DNA from: Proteromonas lacertae
Taxonomy: Eukaryota
DNA length: 64,000 bases
Reading direction: 5' to 3'
NCBI GenBank assembly: GCA_002245135.1
Contig: NGBS01001160.1
Span: 310,001-374,000, forward strand
The translations under genes and the position numbers were made by a program. Position 1 is the first letter of the stretch; every line of letters starts with the position of its first letter. Shown here piece by piece: positions 38,753 through 52,157 of the stretch. The notes under the pieces are model-generated. The model saw only the letters and a list, made by a program, of their open reading frames with translations. It did not search any database and was not told the origin of the DNA.

Positions 38753-41700
38753 GATTGTTATTATCTATTTATAGGTTGGTGTATTGACAATATTAAAGAA
38801 ATCAAAGACAGAAATCCCAGAAAATGGAAAATGGTATGAGAAATTAGGTAAATGGGATGAAGCTTTAGCAATATATGAAGAAAACCAATTAAAATCCGTT
38901 TTAGATTTATCTGATACATTTGGTAGAATCAGATGTTTAGGTAATAAAGGAGAATATGCAAGAATCATCGAATTAGCAACTCCATTAAGAAATAAGATTA
39001 ATAATTTAGATGATAAACTGAGAAATGAATGGGTTGATACTTTACCTTATATTGTAGAGAGTTATTTATCAACTAATAATTTAAGTGAAGTTGATTATTA
39101 TGCTTCACAATTGTCAGATACAAATGTATAGTTATTATTTATTTATTATTGATATATAGATACATGATTTATACATTAAAGCTAGAATATCATTGTTTAA
39201 TAATGATTTAGATAATTCATTACATTACATTCAATTAACTCGTGAAAAATTAAGTAACAATTTGATACTTTCCTTTGAGAATTACAGTAGACTATACAGA
39301 TCATTGGAAGTGTTAATAATAGTATCAGAATTAGAAGAAGTAATAAAGTTCAAAAGATTTGCACAACACCAAGAAACAGGTGGTTCAGAAGGAGAAATAA
39401 ATCCATTAGTAGAAGAAAAGAAAGAATTATTAAAGACAGTTTGGCATGAAAGATTTGAGCATTTACAACCAAATACTGATTTATATTTTACACTATTAAA
39501 TATTCGTAAAGATATTATATCATATGATGAAAATTTGGATGAATGGTTGAAGTTAGTTTCTTGTTCAATGAGAGAGAAAAAAGATGCAATTACTGAATCT
39601 GTATTACAATATTTAGGTATTGGTAGAATTGATGATGAAGTGTTACATCCTAAGATATTATATACATATTATAAGTATCAATATTCACATGGTAATCAAG
39701 ACGCAGCTTGTATGTATTTGAAGGAATTAATTGAAAGTATTGATGAAGTTGAATACCCTAAAACTAAAGTATATTTGTTAAATATTATTATTTATATAGA
39801 TATCTTGTATTCATCGATATGTAAAATGGCATTTTTCAAACATCTCTGTGAATAATATTGAAGAATTATTAAACATGTCACAAACAGCAATTACATTAGA
39901 TCCTTCCATTCGAAAGGCTTGGCATAGGCTTGCCTTATTGTATTATAAATGTTTAGATGGTGATATAATCAGAGAATTGATATTAGATAAAAGTCAAACT
40001 GTTAGTAGTGCTATTCAATGTTTTTGTACTGCATTAAATTTAAGTGGACAAAAGAAAGATGCTATTACATTTCAAGATTTATTGAGATTAATATCATTGT
40101 GGTTTAAATATGGCAATAAAAGGAAAGTCCAAGAAGCTTTATCAGAGAATATAAAGAAAGTTGCATTAGAATTATGGCTAAATGTAATACCACAGTTAAT
40201 AGCAAGAATGTATGTGAAACAATCAAAAATCTCCAAATTTTTAAACGTTTTATTAGAAAATATTGGTGAGAAATATCCACAAGCAATTATCTATCCAATG
40301 TATGTAAGTAATTCATTAAATAAAGATAAAGATGACACGGATAGACAATATATCATAGATAATGTCTTAGAAACTATAAAAACACATCATTCGCAGTTAT
40401 ATCAAGAAAGTTCATTAGTTTCAAAGGAATTAATTCGTATAGCTGTTGTTTGGGGCGATATGTTATTAAGCGATTTTGATAAAGCATTAGGATTTGCTAA
40501 AGTTGGTAATTATGATAATATGATCAATACTTTCACTATGTTCTTTGATGCAACTTCCTCTAAACCACCAGAAACTACAACAGAGGTGTTATTTATGAAG
40601 AAATATGGAGAAAATATTGAAGAAATAAAGAAATTGTTGAATAAATATAAGCTGAATAGATCCAATGAGAATTTAGAGTTATTAAGAGCAAAAGCTTTGA
40701 CATTACTTCGTGCTGTAAGAGATAGTGAGAAGTATAGTGAATTTAGTTTACAACAAGTTTCACCTAACTTAGCAGAAGCTCATGATTTAGAATTATTAAT
40801 CCCAGTCACTTATTGTGAAATAAAAGAAAAAATCAAAATCAAAAGATTCTATCCAACAATCACAGTGATAAATTCAAAACAAAAACCAAGGAAATTCTTA
40901 ATAGAAGGTGATAATGGTAAATCATATGTATTCTTATTGAAAGGAAATGATGATTTAAGACAAGATGAAAGAGTGATGCAAGCTTTAGGGTTGGTGAATG
41001 AAATAATAGATAATACACGTGATACAATGCATCAAGGATTATTAATCCAAAGATATTCATGTACACCTTTATCTGCATCAGTTGGTATAGTTGAATGGAT
41101 TCATAATACAGATACACTAAATACATTATTATCTGATTATAGAAATGCACATGGAAATGGTATTTATGTAGAAGCAAATCTATTCAAAGATAGTTGTCCA
41201 CATTATGATACTGCTCCAATTATACAATTACTAGAAGCATTTGAATTCTCTCAATCAAGGACTAATGGAATGGAATTAGCGAATATTTTATGGTTAAAAA
41301 GTGAGTCATCTGAAATATGGGTTGAAAAGAGATTATTATATGTAAAGAGTTTAGCTGTAATGAGTATGGTTGGATATTTAATGGGAATGGGAGATAGACA
41401 TTTATCTAATATTATGTTAGATAGAAGATCAGGTAGAATATGTCATATTGATTTTGGTGATTGTTTTGAAACAGCTAGTCATCGTGAAAGATTTCCAGAA
41501 AAAGTTCCATTCAGATTGACCAGAATGTTAGTAAATTCAATGGAAGTGAAAAGTGTAGAAGGTTCTTATCGACTAACATGTGAAAGAGTAATGAAAGTAT
41601 TGAGAGATGGTCAGAATGTTGAATCATTAATGGCTTTATTAGAAGCATTTGTATATGATCCATTGATTAATTGGAGATTAGTACAAGAACCTAGATATAG

Positions 41701-42141
41701 AAATGATTCAGGTAATAATGAAGATAATGAAAATGATGGTAATATAAGTGATAGAGATTCTTCATTAAGTAAAGATTCATTTGCGTTTCATGAATTCTTT
41801 AATAATCCAAGTGATACTAGTACAGGAAGTACATTGAGTTATAGTTCTTTAACTTCGAGAAATAGAAGAATGTCAGTATCAGCTGCAGTATATGATGTTG
41901 CTGATGAAAAACGTATATTATATATATATATGATTTATGTTTATTTTATTAGATCATTCGTTGAAAGAGATGGATCATCAAGCTATAAAAGTGTTGAGTA
42001 GAATTCATTCAAAGTTGACAGGAACTGATTTTCCAAATGCAGGTTTTAGATGTTCAGAAACAAGTGGATAGATTAATAGAGGAAGCAACATCTCCAGTTA
42101 ATTTATGTCAATCTTATATTGGATGGTGTCCATTCTGGTAG
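34660..42141 (+). CDS. TOR: Target of rapamycin kinase (HEAT-FAT-FRB-PIKK-FATC)
   Basis: [78 protein letters not shown]. About 10 short introns. Apparent 1-nt frameshifts near 34775 and 42045. Confidence 0.95.
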
Positions 42142-42243
42142 ATAATATAATGATATTTTAATTCATTTCCTTTCTTTTTGTCTTTATTATTTAAATTAGA
42201 AAAATATATTCGTTTTCATTGCAACGAATATAATATATTATAG

Positions 42244-43471
42244 AATTGGGATGACATTTTCATTCTATACTCTTTTGTTTTGGTTGTTTATATTTAATTT
42301 TACATACTGTTATAATGTTGACATTCCTGACAAGATTATAATAACAGCTGACTCAAATGTGTTTAAAATGGTAGAAAATTTCTATAATGAGGTGATATTG
42401 AAGTTTAAAGTTCCAAATTTTAGTGTAATAGTATGGAATAATTCATCATATGAGTTATATAAAAAACACAAAATTCCAGTCGAAAACTCTCCAATTCCTA
42501 CAGATGATATAACACCAACATATAATATTGATGATCCTAATCTAAATAGAAAGTTAAGACTTCGAAATGAGATAATCTTATATTATTTAAAACAAAATTT
42601 GACAATATTAAATATGGATTCTGATTTATTCTTCTATAGAAATCCTTTAGAATTACTAAACTATATAAATGTTGATGATGATATAGTATATCAATGTGAT
42701 AATCCTCCTTTGTGTAATGAGATGTGTTATGGATTATTTTATATAAAACCATCAAAACCATCAATCAAACTATTTGAAAGAACAATAAGATCTGGGAAAG
42801 ATAATTGCAGTTGTATGGTTTTATTCAGAACAACGATTGATGAATTTATTACTGAAATATGGTAGAATTGCAAATTTGAAATATTCAACGTTTTCTAAAG
42901 ATGTTTTCCCTCAAGGTAATGAATATTTTGATGGTTTAGGAGTATTTGTAGATGATAAAAATATTCGAAATGTGATTGGATTTCATAATCATCATACTGC
43001 TGGTAGTCATTCCAAAATCTATCGATTTAAAGAATTGGGAGTATGGAAGAATGATGAGAATGAATATTATTCTTCAAAAACAAGAAAATATATAAAATAT
43101 TCAACAATAATTAAATCAAATTATAAAAGTGATTATGAATTATTGATGATATATTTAATGAATTTAGGAAAAGAGTTAAATCGAACAATAATATTTCCTA
43201 GATTTAGTCATAGTATAAATAATGAAAGATATATTACAAATTTCTTAAATTTTTGGAATTTGAAATACTTTGAAGAAAGATATGGATTAAACTATCGAGA
43301 GAATATATCCTTTTTGTTGTTTAATATAAATAAATAGAATAGTTTAGTTAATATTTGAAAGTATTTCTATTGAATGAATTAGTTCCAAAAGAAGTGAAAG
43401 AGAATGTGAAAGAAATTTGTGATGAAAATGTAGATGAAAATGAAATTATTAAATTCGTATTCAGTTTTATC
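42244..43471 (+). repeat. Direct repeat copy 2
   Basis: Near-identical to 32041..33267. Confidence 0.95.
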
Positions 43472-43568
43472 TATAGATTGTATTCCAAAAGCTTTATCAA
43501 ATAAAACATTCAATGAATACAAACAATATTTTTATGAAGATTCATTTATTCAAGATAAATATGTATGA
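42251..43568 (+). CDS. Nucleotide-diphospho-sugar transferase (GT77-like), copy 2
   Basis: Near-identical to 32048..33367. Single-base frameshifts in T/A runs near 42820 and 43438. AT-AA intron 43305-43360. Confidence 0.78.
43305..43360 (+). other. Putative U12-type intron, AT-AA termini (56 nt)
   Basis: Perfect ATATCCTTT 5' site. Ends TTTGAAA before GTA TTT CTA. Confidence 0.75.
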
Positions 43569-43709
43569 TTTTATATAATATAGTAACCTAATTTATTATC
43601 ATTATTATTATTATTATTTGCTTATTCTCATCAAATCTTCTGTTAATTATCATATTAATAAAAATGTATATTTTCATTTTATGACATTGTCAATGTCAGA
43701 ATTATAAAA

Positions 43710-45733
43710 ATGAATATTTTGAAGTTTAGAAATGATTTTGTAAATGGATTGAGAGGTTATTCTATAATTTTAGTAATATTATTTCATTCTAACATAAAAG
43801 AATTTCATAATTGTTTTATTGGAGTAGATTTCACATTTTTAATATCAGGCTATTTATTAACAAAATCTTCATTATCAAATAAAGAGAATTTGAGAATATT
43901 TGATTTTTATCTAAAGAGATCACTTCGAATTTTGCCTTGTTATTGTATAGTATTATTTGTGATGGTTATGTATGAAATATATAAAGGAATAGTTGAATGG
44001 AGATATTTGAGTGAATATTTGTATAATAATATGTTTGTAAGTAATATTTATTTGAGTAAAGAAAAAGAAGATTATTTCATTTCAATTCATTCTTCTAATT
44101 TAATTCCATATTGGTCTTTATCAATCGAAATGCAATTTTATTTATTATTTCCATTGATATTATCCGTTAATAGAATGAATAATTATGTGTATATAATAAT
44201 GATAATGTTATTGCTATTCTTATCTTTGATGTATGAAATATATAATATTCATCAATATATTATTCTTTTTTAAGTCGATTATGGGAATTTATGTTAGGAA
44301 TAGTGGTGAGTGAATATAGAATGAAAAATGAAAAAGTGATAAATGTTGATATATTAACATTATTATTGATAATAATTCCCTTGTTAAATATAAAAATGAA
44401 TATAAGTATATATCGTTTAATAGAATTATTCATTTGTATGATAATGTTAAAATTTGGTGAAGAAAATAAAGAAGAAGAAGATGTTGAGAATGATAAAAGA
44501 AGAAGAAAGAGTATATTATTAGAGAATGAAATAATAAAATGGTTTGGAAAACATTCTTATATATTATACTTAATTCATTATCCAATTATTCAAAGTAAAT
44601 ACAATGTATATATAAAATTGTTATTGATGTTTGTGATAAGTATAATAATATATGAATTAATAGAGAATAAGATTGAGAAGCTGAAAATATCCAAGATAAA
44701 AAGATGGATGATAGTTATTCTTCCCTTATTACCTCAATTAATAATATATAATCGATTTAGAGAAAAGAATAATTCATTTTCATTATCCACATATAACAAT
44801 AACAATGACAATATATCCTATTTTGAATCTAATTGCAGTTCAATCTATCGATCAATACCACTCCATCTTCATTCACTAAACAAACCAATTAATTATTCAA
44901 ATATTATATTGTATGAATGTTATGTATTGAATTATGTTCTTATCTTAGAAACTTGTAACAATATGCCAATATATGATAATTCAAATGAATTAAACAATCG
45001 ACCAATAGCATATATCATTGGTGATTCATACAGTAAACAATGGATGGGAGTTGTTAAGAAATATTGTTATGAAAGAAATATCACTTTAATTCACACTAAT
45101 ATTCAAATAGAAAAGTTGAAGGAGCATTCAGTTGAAGATTTAATAATGAACAAGAAATTGTTATATGAATATCATTTTGATATGGTATTTATCGCATTTT
45201 CTACAAGATTACCATGTGCAATAAGTGGAAATGATTCAATGATGTTAATATTCAAAAAATTAATAAATATAATTAACACATTTGCAGATGAAATATTTGT
45301 ATTTCAAGGAATTCCATATAATCATGCACCAGGAAGTATTGAAATTGCTATTTGTCATACCTGTTTGTATGAAAGAAGAGAAACTTGTTATACAATACTA
45401 GGATATAATGCTAGTTATAATTCTCCATTTCCTTCACTTTCACTTCCAAATTATCATATAATAGATTTTTACAATCCTCAGTTGTGTTACAATAACATCT
45501 GTTCTTGTGTAATAAATAATAAGATGGTGTATGATCATTTATTTCACATAAATCCATTTATTTTGAGAATGTTTAATGATGAATTTAGTGATTATATGGA
45601 TAAAACAACAAAGAATAAATATAAAAAGATGAGAGAATATAATATGAAAGATAAAAAGGCATTATATACATATGGAGAATTATATCACCTTGATTGTATA
45701 GATGAGGAAGTATTGTATAATTTACAGTATTAG
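43710..45733 (+). CDS. AT3-SGNH O-acetyltransferase (OafA/OatA-like)
   Basis: NGLRGYSIILVILFH, GVDFTFLISGYL, FYLKRSLRILP, YWSLSIEMQFY, RLWEF, SYILYLIHYP. SGNH part has IGDSY and a late D..H. Intronless, one frameshift near 44255. Confidence 0.9.
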
Positions 45734-45812
45734 TAATAACCAATTAATGTTATTTTGTTATAATTTAACTACAAAAATATTAAATAAAATCAATTTTACA
45801 TAACTGACTATC

Positions 45813-47869
45813 TTAATAAATTCCATTTTTACTACTACTACTACAAATATGTAATACAAAATCTCTAATGAAACAATACCAATGCAATATTACAAATAAT
45901 GTCCAACTCGATGATAAGGTGGTTAAAAATCCATTCATAAAGAATTCTTTTGAAAAATAAGAAGTTAGAATCACACCAGCAAGAAGTAATATTTTTATTA
46001 ACACACCTAATTGGTAAATGTGACTATTCTTTTCTTGACTTTTTCTTTCCAATAAATACAATTGAGAGAAAAAGATAAAATAAAAATAGCTTTCCAACAA
46101 GAACAATGGATATTCCATTAATTTCCATAATGTACATTCCAATGATTGAGTAAAGTATTGATGTCTGTATGGATAGAACATACCAATTGGAAATGCAATT
46201 GAAAGATTATCATTATCATGATTTAATGTAGCTAATGGAATAAATGGTGGTAAAATAATAAAGAACCATTTGTAGAATATATACATTTTGTTGATGTTAA
46301 ATAATACTGTTCTATAAGTGTAAAACCTCATAAATTTATTCCATATTGGAATAATTCCAAACCATTCAGGTAAATGAAGTGTTTTTACATAATTAATTTC
46401 ATATAACACTTTATCTACTTCCTATAATAACAATAATATAGAATTATATGAAAAAATACATCGAATGTCATTTTCTTTGTTATTTTCTTCTTCTTTAGTA
46501 ACATATAATAAATCATATTAGGATATATAATAAACAATGAAACACAAACAGAATAGAGTAATATATATATTGAAAACATAAACCAAGGCCAACTAACTGA
46601 TTTGATCATTAACGTAATGATATTCTGTTTCCAATGATAATCATTATCTGTTCTCTCAATAATAAACTGTCTATCTTCAGTATAACAAGCTCTTTTAACA
46701 TTACATGAAACAATAGATATTTTATGAACTTTATTATCTTTATACAATGTTGCATTCCATTTAACTCTATAAAAAGTTGAATTATGTAATGTGACAAATT
46801 TAAACAATCCATTATCAATCTTAATAATTACTGATTCTAATTCTTCTAATGAAAATACATAAAATCTAATCTCATCACATATTGATTCATTCGTTCTTTT
46901 AAATGGAAAATAAGCATCAGTTGGATAAGCTAATTACACTAATTGGTGATGATAATACTTCAAATAAACTAAAATCAGTAAATGCAATTCTACCATTATC
47001 TACACCTACTATTCTTAATGCATTATTATACTTCCAATCAATAAGTTCCCATTCCCATTCAGGATAATTACCTCTATGAAAGAATAAATGCTTTCCCATT
47101 GTATCATGAATATGTCCACATAATAACAAATCAACTTTTTTATTATGATACAAATCTCTTAAATTCTCAGATTTATTCTCTGGTGATATTGTATTAATCA
47201 TTCCATCAGGATGATGAGTAAATAAGATAGTGAAATTAGATGGTCTATCTAATATATTACTCATTGATGTAAATCTATTATGATCTGAAGAACCATATAA
47301 ACAGAATGGTTTTATTGGACAATAATAAAGTGGACAGTCAAATCCGATAAATGTGTAATTTCTTAAAGGAGTTTTTACTCCCATTCCATATACTTCACCT
47401 CTTCCAAAGTGACCTGTTACTGAATGTCTGTGATAGTAACTTTCGTTGTGATTTTCTGTGGCTATCGCATCATGATTTCCTCGAACATCAAACCAATAAC
47501 TTTGGTTGTAGTAACCAAATTCTTCTAGAGCAGATCTATATAATTTCCACTCATCTTCTATTTGGACATCTATATGCATGAAAATATGAATTAAATACGA
47601 GGTCCATAATCATTACGACTGTGGCAAGAATCTCCTGTGTTAATCACAAATAGAGGATCAAGAACTGGAAGTACAATCTTCAAGAATGTTCTAAAATTTT
47701 CATATCTGGAGTTAATAGTTGGATCTTGGATGTGTAAATCGGTTATTTGAAGGAAATAGTAATTTTCATCTTGTACTACATTATAATTAATTCTTTGAAT
47801 CATACGCTCAAAATCATAGAATTTGGCATAAACTACTGCAGCAAATAAGATAAACAGCAAATAGTACAT
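45813..47869 (-). CDS. TMEM62-like metallophosphoesterase (paralog 2)
   Basis: FLQITDLH, NTGD, DVRGNHD, THHP, CGHIH. TM-rich C-terminus. Short introns and a frameshift near 46925. Confidence 0.85.
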
Positions 47870-47940
47870 CAGATTAAAAAATTTCTAGAAGGCTTGTTGA
47901 TGGTTTGATTCAAAAACATTTTGAACAAAAAGTATTATAA

Positions 47941-50005
47941 TTAATATAAGATATTTAATATTATATCCTTAACTACTAAATACCAAATAATGAACTGTGA
48001 AAGACTTAATCCTGAAGTGAAAAATGACAAAAATCCGTTTAATATAAAGTGTCTTTGGTGCATTAATTCCTTATATGGCTTATACAACAATACCAGCTTC
48101 AATATTTGTGAAATGATAAAGAATATATTTCGCTTATACATATATTCTAAATGATACATTCTACTGAAAAACACAATGTATATTATTCCTGGAAGGTAAA
48201 TAGACAAATAATTCAATGAGTTGGTTATATTTGTATCTAAATCTTGAACAAAGTAACTATATTTAAACGGATAAAATTGTCCAAATATTGGAATTGATAT
48301 AGAGAATATCTTTTTACCATAATTTAGAATTGTAAATGGAAAAACTGGTTGAAATAACACAAAAACAAATCTAAATAATCTATATCTTGGATTTACATTG
48401 AATAATATTGTTCGATAGAAGTAATAATATAATAATGAGGAGATGATAGGAATATTACTTAAGAACAAAGGTAAACTTAAAATCTTAATAAATGAAGTAT
48501 GATATAATATCAAATCAACTTTATCAAATTCCAAATCACTTTTTAATTCACCTCTGCTTAGTAATACATAATACATAATGTTAGGAATAATATAGGATAA
48601 TAATAAAACAACAAAATACACTTTCAAATATGTATTTCTTAGTTGATTTGGTGTTCCAATAAGTTTAGTAAATTGAATAGCTTTTCCTTGTGGGAAGTAG
48701 ATATTTTCATCATATGATAATGTAAATAATTGAGTATCATTATTACACTTATTATCAATATTACACGAGATTATAGATATAGAATGATTATAAATAGAAT
48801 GATTAATACTATGATAGTAATCATAGTTTATTACATATAAGGGACTTTCATTGTTTTTATTATTGTTATATTGTATTAACTCATTATCAATATAAATATC
48901 AATAGATTTAATAGGTTTCATTGAAAATAAGAAAAATCTTATTTCATTATAATCAACTGTATGATTTGTATGTCTAAATGGGAATAATGCATTAGGTGGT
49001 GATGTAATTATAGTGATTGGACATTCATATGTTTCATTAAAAGAAATATCTTTAAATCCAATTCTTCTTTGATCAATAGCAATTATACGATAACTATACA
49101 AACATATATGTAATTATTATACTGTTTAATAAAACCCCAATCTAATGCAGCTAAATCCCAATTTGGATATTTATCTTTATTGTAATACTATTCATTAATA
49201 AAAGAACATTAAAATATACAAATAAATTCTTTCCAATTGTATCATGAACATGTCCAGATAATACCAAATCAATTTCATTCTTATTTATAACATCTCTTAA
49301 ATCTTCACTTCTATTTTCAGGTGATAAAGGATTTAAAAACATTATAGGATGATGAGTTAACATGACTTTAAAATCAGCTTGCTTGTTACTTATTTCATCT
49401 AATAATACACATTTATTATGATCGCTAGAACCATAAATACATAATGGTTCGATTGAACACTTTGGAAATGTGGAGAAAAATGTTGAAAATGCATATTTTG
49501 ATGATGGAGTGGTTATATCAAAACCATACATGATTGATCTATTATACTTTCCACTGATTGAATATTTGTCGAAATAACTGTTGTATTCTAATTCAGTAGT
49601 ATATGTATCATGATTACCACGAACATCAAACCAGAATTCTGGATTTGTCAAGTTGTTATCTTCTAATCCATTTCGATATAATTGCCATTGTGATTCAAGC
49701 TGAATATCTATAGATAATTAGATACTATTTAAATACTTGGCTCATAATTATCTTTACTATCACAACTATCTCCTGTGTTAATAACAAACTTTGGATTAAT
49801 CTTTGGAACTACTTCGCTTAAGAATTTTCGCCAGTAATTGTCTTGCTTATCTCCTGATACGCCTCTCAAATGTATATCTGAAATGTGAATAAACCAAAAA
49901 GAATCATCTTCATCTATTCACAATAATGCAATTGACAATACTCTTTAGGTGATAGTAATCATGGCACAAACAGAATGAGAAAAAGAAAAGCAATATAAAA
50001 TTCAT
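47941..50005 (-). CDS. TMEM62-like metallophosphoesterase (paralog 3, tandem with paralog 2)
   Basis: ATG at 50005 with signal peptide, FIHISDIH, NTGD, DVRGNHD, THHP, SGHVH. TM-rich C-terminus. Confidence 0.85.
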
Positions 50006-50132
50006 TACAGAAGAAATAGAATATTCTTTAAATAATGAAACGGATATATGTGTTTTTTATATTTCACCCTTTATAACACAACCTAATATACTACAAAAGT
50101 GTATAGAAGATGTAATTATAACTTTGTATTCC

Positions 50133-51844
50133 CTAGTAACTAGACGATGACATAGATAACTGTTGATTTTGATTCAATTCTAAAACTCCAGAATTTGTAT
50201 TTATTTGATATATAGGTTGCACTACTTGACGATGATCATACTCTATATGTTTTGTCAATTTGTTTTTCCTATTGAACATTTTATTACAACCCTCAAAAGG
50301 ACATTTGTTTTTAAAATCACCTGTATGAATTCTTTGATGATCAAATACATTATCTTTTCTGGAAGCTGTATAATTACACCCAGGCATTGGACAATGATAA
50401 GGTTTTTCACCTGTATGAGTAAACATATGCTTCGTAAGTCTTGTCTTCTTAAAAGTAGCATAAACACAATTAGGATGTTGGCATTTATAAGGCATATCAA
50501 ATGTATGTAAACACATATGTTTTTGAAGTGCAGATTCACGAGATGTACAATATTCACATCCTTCATAAGTACATTTGAATCGTGCATTTGGATGAGCCAA
50601 CATCTTGATTTGTATTGGATGGAATTGTTGAATAGTTTGTGTTTGTTGTTGTTGTTGAGATGAATCACATTGCTGATCATTTAATAAAGCACTATTAATA
50701 ATAGCATGTGTAGTTGATATAATATCAGATGCAACAGCAGTCACTATAGCTGGAGGTAGCAATGGTTGTTCTTGACTATCAGATATCATTGTGTTATTAT
50801 TATTATTAGTATTGTTGTTGTTGCTGATGTTAGTATTATTTATAATTATTGGTGTAAGATTGTTATTCACAATTGCATTCTTATTTTTAGGTATATGAGT
50901 GTAAATATGAGTCATTAAATCATCTAATCTACTGGATCTATAACTACAACCTTCATAACTACAAACATAAGGTTTATCACCTGTATGTATTCTCATATGT
51001 CTTGTTAAATGCCATTTATTATCAGTTCCAAACTTACATCCTGGAAAATCACATTTATATAAATATTCTCCAGTATGTGTATGTATATGATTTATTAAAT
51101 CGTATTTCCTAAATGCACTATAATCGCAGCCTTCTATATGACACTTATAAGGTTTATCACCTGTATGTATTCTTTGGTGTTTTCTTAAATCATCTTGTCG
51201 ACTTGAACAATAAGTACAACCTTCGTAATTACAGACATATGGTTTATCACCTGTATGAATCCTTAAATGTCTAACAAATACTGATTTAATATGTGTAGAA
51301 TAAGTACAACCAGTGTGTGTACATCTGAAGACTTTATCTGTATGGGATGAACAATGGCCTTTGAATTTTGATGGTATAAATGTCTTATAATTACATCCTT
51401 CTACTTTACACACTAATTCTATTTGACCAGGATGTGTTAATAAGTGTTTATTCAAATCATCTTTTCTTGCTGATCGGTGGCTACAACCTGGATATGTACA
51501 AGCAAATGGCTTGTCTCCTGTATGAGTTCTATAATGACGATCTAAATGTTGTTTTTTATTTGTGCCATAGTGACATCCTGGTACTGTACATCTCAGTATT
51601 TTGTCGTTCACATGATGGTATACATGTGCTTCATATTCTTCTAGTCTATCATGACAAAATGAACAATTTGGTGTTCTACAAATAAAGTAGGAGGGACGGT
51701 GTGGAATTGCTAAATTTTGTGTGCCTTCCATACTAAGCAGAGGATTCATTGATTCTAAACCTGTTGAATAATGAATAGCCTTTATATCAATAGAAGCTAG
51801 TAGAATGAGTATATAAAAATACGTATACCGACTGTAGGTATCAT
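50133..51844 (-). CDS. C2H2 zinc-finger transcription factor (9 + 4 fingers)
   Basis: Thirteen CX4C..HX3-4H fingers with HTGDKPY linkers, split by an N/Q-rich linker. Probable short first exon from ATG 51844. Confidence 0.92.
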
Positions 51845-52157
51845 TATTATTCCGTTAAAACTAATGTAAGCTAATCTTTTGTTAATATTATCTAATTAAG
51901 CAGAAGTATAATTAATTTAATACCTAAAGTTTAAAGATGAAATATTTATTCTATTCCAACCAATATATCAACACTTGTCGAAATATAACCCCGAAAATAC
52001 TACAACCGAATTAATGAGAATTTCGGATTCAAGCCATTTTCATTCAAGCTTTTATAGATAACTTTTTAATTACACAACAAATGAGAGATTTTATGATTTG
52101 AATATATCTGTTTATTACCTTATTTTCAGAAAACAGTATAAATAAATATATTTTTAA

